The notes under the pieces: model-generated
What the model was told of the DNA's origin: nothing
What the model saw: the letters and a program-made list of their open reading frames with translations, nothing else
Database searches by the model: none
Translations under genes and position numbers: made by a program
Shown: piece after piece, positions 61,425 to 64,000 of the stretch
Position numbering within the stretch: the stretch's first letter is position 1
Layout of the letters: every line of letters begins with the position of its first letter
DNA from: Deferribacterales bacterium
GTDB taxonomy: Bacteria; Chrysiogenota; Deferribacteres; Deferribacterales; Geovibrionaceae
DNA length: 64,000 nucleotides
Direction of reading: 5' to 3'
NCBI GenBank assembly: GCA_050253075.1
Contig: JBFWJS010000003.1
Location: forward strand, 149,458 to 213,457

Positions 61425-63551
61425 TTGAATAATATAAGTATCGATAACGAAAGTTTGTTTCGCACCTTCAGGCAGTTTGTCTCAAAATATACAGGAATAT
61501 CTCAGGCTCTGATGATGGACTCTATCCCCGTTGAAGAGGGGAAGACAGCTCCCGATATGCTCGCCCACACGGGGAAACAGAGCAATGTGGAGATCATGTC
61601 CCAAAACTGCGGACTGAGGTCGAGATTTATCATAAAGAAGCCTCTGGAAATACACACCGAGGCACTCCCCCTTATCGCTTTTATGAAGGACGGCTCGACA
61701 GTTATCTTAGAGGAGAACAGCCCGTCGGAAGACTCTGTGCTGTGTACGGATGCTAATGGCAAAACCGTAAGGATAAGCAAATATAAATTTGCCGAAGAGG
61801 CGGACGAGACGGTTCTGTTGCTGAAAAAAGAGCTGAAAATCGATGAGAGCATTGGTGAGAAGAAGCGTAATAAGTGGTTCTTCGACGCTGTATGGCTTTC
61901 GAAATTTATTTATCTGGACGTTATAGCGGCATCTTTATTTATAAATCTCTTTGGTATAGTGACGCCTCTATTCACCATGAACGTATACGACAGGATAGTG
62001 CCGAACCACGCCGTGGAGTCCCTGTGGGCTCTTGCCGTGGGTGTCATCACGGTATTCTGCTTTGACGCTGTTTTAAAGTATATGAGGCATCATTTTCTCG
62101 AAATATCGGCGAAAAAGACAGACCTGCTCCTTTCGGGCAGGATGTTCCGTAAGGTGATGGATCTGAACCTGAGCGACAGGCCGAAGGTTATCGGCTCTTT
62201 CGCTTCGAATCTGAAAGACTTTGACATGATAAGGAATTTTTTATCATCGTCCACAGTTTCGCTAATTGTGGATCTGCCGTTTATGATCATCTTTCTGGTC
62301 TTGATAGCATATATCGCAGGCTTCATCGTAGTAATCCCCATCTCGGTGATAATAATACTGCTGATGTATGCTCTCATAATCAGAAAGCCGATAAATGCTC
62401 TGGTAACGGAGAATTATAATGTCTCTTCCAAAAAGAACGGCATGCTTATCGAGTCTCTGAAAACTCTGGAAACTATAAAGTCGTTCAACTTTCACAAGCA
62501 TAAGATGTGGGAGTGGGACAACATAGTCTCTAAGGCGGCGTATATAAATAAGTCGCTGAAGGGGCTCTCTTATTCAATGAATACATTTTTCAACTTTATG
62601 GTGAATCTGACGACAGTATCAGTCGTTATCACAGGTGTTTACCTCATCTCTGAGCTGGAGCTCACCACGGGCGGTCTGATAGCCGCCGTTATGCTCTCCT
62701 CCAGAGCCGTAGCACCGGTCGGGCAGGCGATATCGCTCATCACCAGCTACGATCAGGCAAAGGTCGCCTTTAAAGGGATAGACGACATAATGCAGAAAGA
62801 ATCCGAAACAATAGACAGCTCAAATCTGCTGAACATTGAGCATATAAAAGGGAGCATCGCCTTCCGCAATGTCAGCTTTAAATATCATGAAGAGGGCGCA
62901 TATGCGCTGAAAAATGTCAGCTTCACTGTTCAGCCGGGCGAGAAAGTTGCCATACTGGGAAAGATGGGCTCGGGTAAATCCACCCTGCAGAAGCTGATCA
63001 TGGGCTTCTTTCACCCCAACGACGGCGAGGTGCTCATAGACGGTATATCCGTCTCACAGATAAACCCCGTGATGCTGAGGGACAATATCAGCTATGTCTC
63101 CCAGAACGTGGAGCTCTTCCGTGGAACGATGAAGCAGAACCTATGCATAAGAAAAACAGACGCAAGCGATCAGGAGATAGTGAACGCCGTGAACATAGCC
63201 GGGCTCGGTGGTTTTATAAACAGGCACCCGCAGGGGCTCTCAGCCGAGATAGCCGAAGACGGTCATAACCTTTCGGGCGGGCAGAAGCAGTCTATCACCA
63301 TCGCAAGGGCATTCATCGGTGACAGCAGTATAGCGCTGATGGACGAGCCCACCGACGGCATAGACCACAATACCGAGATGGCAGTCATTCATAACCTTAG
63401 GCAGGTGCTGAAGGATAAGACCCTTTTCCTCATCACCCATAAGAACAGCCTGCTCGATCTGGTGGACAGGGTGATACTGCTGGAGGACGGCGGAATACTG
63501 TTTGACGGTTCAAAGGAAGAGATGTTCAAGCGATTTAGTAAGGTGTCATAA
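61425..63551 (+). CDS. type I secretion permease/ATPase (LapB-like)
   Basis: PLFTMNVYDRIVPN, GKMGSGKST, LSGGQKQ, MDEPT. Confidence 0.93.
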   Translation: MNNISIDNESLFRTFRQFVSKYTGISQALMMDSIPVEEGKTAPDMLAHTGKQSNVEIMSQNCGLRSRFIIKKPLEIHTEALPLIAFMKDGSTVILEENSPSEDSVLCTDANGKTVRISKYKFAEEADETVLLLKKELKIDESIGEKKRNKWFFDAVWLSKFIYLDVIAASLFINLFGIVTPLFTMNVYDRIVPNHAVESLWALAVGVITVFCFDAVLKYMRHHFLEISAKKTDLLLSGRMFRKVMDLNLSDRPKVIGSFASNLKDFDMIRNFLSSSTVSLIVDLPFMIIFLVLIAYIAGFIVVIPISVIIILLMYALIIRKPINALVTENYNVSSKKNGMLIESLKTLETIKSFNFHKHKMWEWDNIVSKAAYINKSLKGLSYSMNTFFNFMVNLTTVSVVITGVYLISELELTTGGLIAAVMLSSRAVAPVGQAISLITSYDQAKVAFKGIDDIMQKESETIDSSNLLNIEHIKGSIAFRNVSFKYHEEGAYALKNVSFTVQPGEKVAILGKMGSGKSTLQKLIMGFFHPNDGEVLIDGISVSQINPVMLRDNISYVSQNVELFRGTMKQNLCIRKTDASDQEIVNAVNIAGLGGFINRHPQGLSAEIAEDGHNLSGGQKQSITIARAFIGDSSIALMDEPTDGIDHNTEMAVIHNLRQVLKDKTLFLITHKNSLLDLVDRVILLEDGGILFDGSKEEMFKRFSKVS

Positions 63552-64000
63552 ATGTTTGCAGATTCTAAAAATAACGAGCTGGACTTTATATCGGCAAAGT
63601 CGGCCTCTATGCTGGAGACCAACTCGAGAAAATCGAAGATAATTATCTGGCTTATCATGCTGTTTATCCTATGCGCAGTCGCATGGGCTTCACTGGCGAA
63701 GGTGGACGAGATCGTGCGCGGCGTGGGGAAGATCATCCCGTCGAAGCATGTGCAGATCATACAAAACCTCGAAGGAGGGATAGTCTCGGAGATATTTGTC
63801 AGACCGGGAGATATTGTCGAAGCCGGGCAGAAGCTCATGAAGATAGATAATAAGCGGAACGAGAGCGGACTGGGTGAAAACACGGTCAGCATGAACGGTC
63901 TGAAAGCAAAGGCCGTGAGGCTGTATGCGGAGAGTCAGGGGATATCTTTCGACGAATCTCTGAAAAAGCTCGGGTATGAATCGCTCCCCACGGGACTGCT
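63552..64000 (+). CDS. HlyD family T1SS adaptor (LapC-like), partial
   Basis: MFADSKNNELDF...WASLAKVDEIVRGVGKIIPSKHVQIIQNLEGGIV; runs off window end. Confidence 0.92.
   Translation, partial: MFADSKNNELDFISAKSASMLETNSRKSKIIIWLIMLFILCAVAWASLAKVDEIVRGVGKIIPSKHVQIIQNLEGGIVSEIFVRPGDIVEAGQKLMKIDNKRNESGLGENTVSMNGLKAKAVRLYAESQGISFDESLKKLGYESLPTGL

Overview
Bacterial chromosomal window. Protein style suggests an anaerobic Gram-negative organism such as a Deferribacterota member (inference only). Housekeeping blocks are purS-purQ-purL-purF, ppiD/ffs/tRNA-Ser, rpoE-anti-sigma-rseB-degP, and thrS-infC-rpmI-rplT...pheS-pheT. These alternate with accessory blocks: a sigma54-controlled DUF2318/ABC/two-component operon, redox and nitrate-sensing islets downstream of a tRNA-Leu, a TonB/ABC metal-uptake locus, and a 3,007-aa T1SS adhesin with its secretion genes. 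Three signals stand out. (1) An ORF missed by the ORF track lies directly after purF (4835-5194). It has an in-frame TGA followed by a SECIS-like hairpin, so it is a candidate YuzD/thioredoxin-fold selenoprotein with an SG-U-x8-C motif. (2) The tRNA-Leu has the anticodon AAG, which is rare in bacteria. (3) Two further copies of that tRNA's 3' end plus terminator mark tandem integrase-less islets. No database searches were run, so all family calls come from motif recognition.
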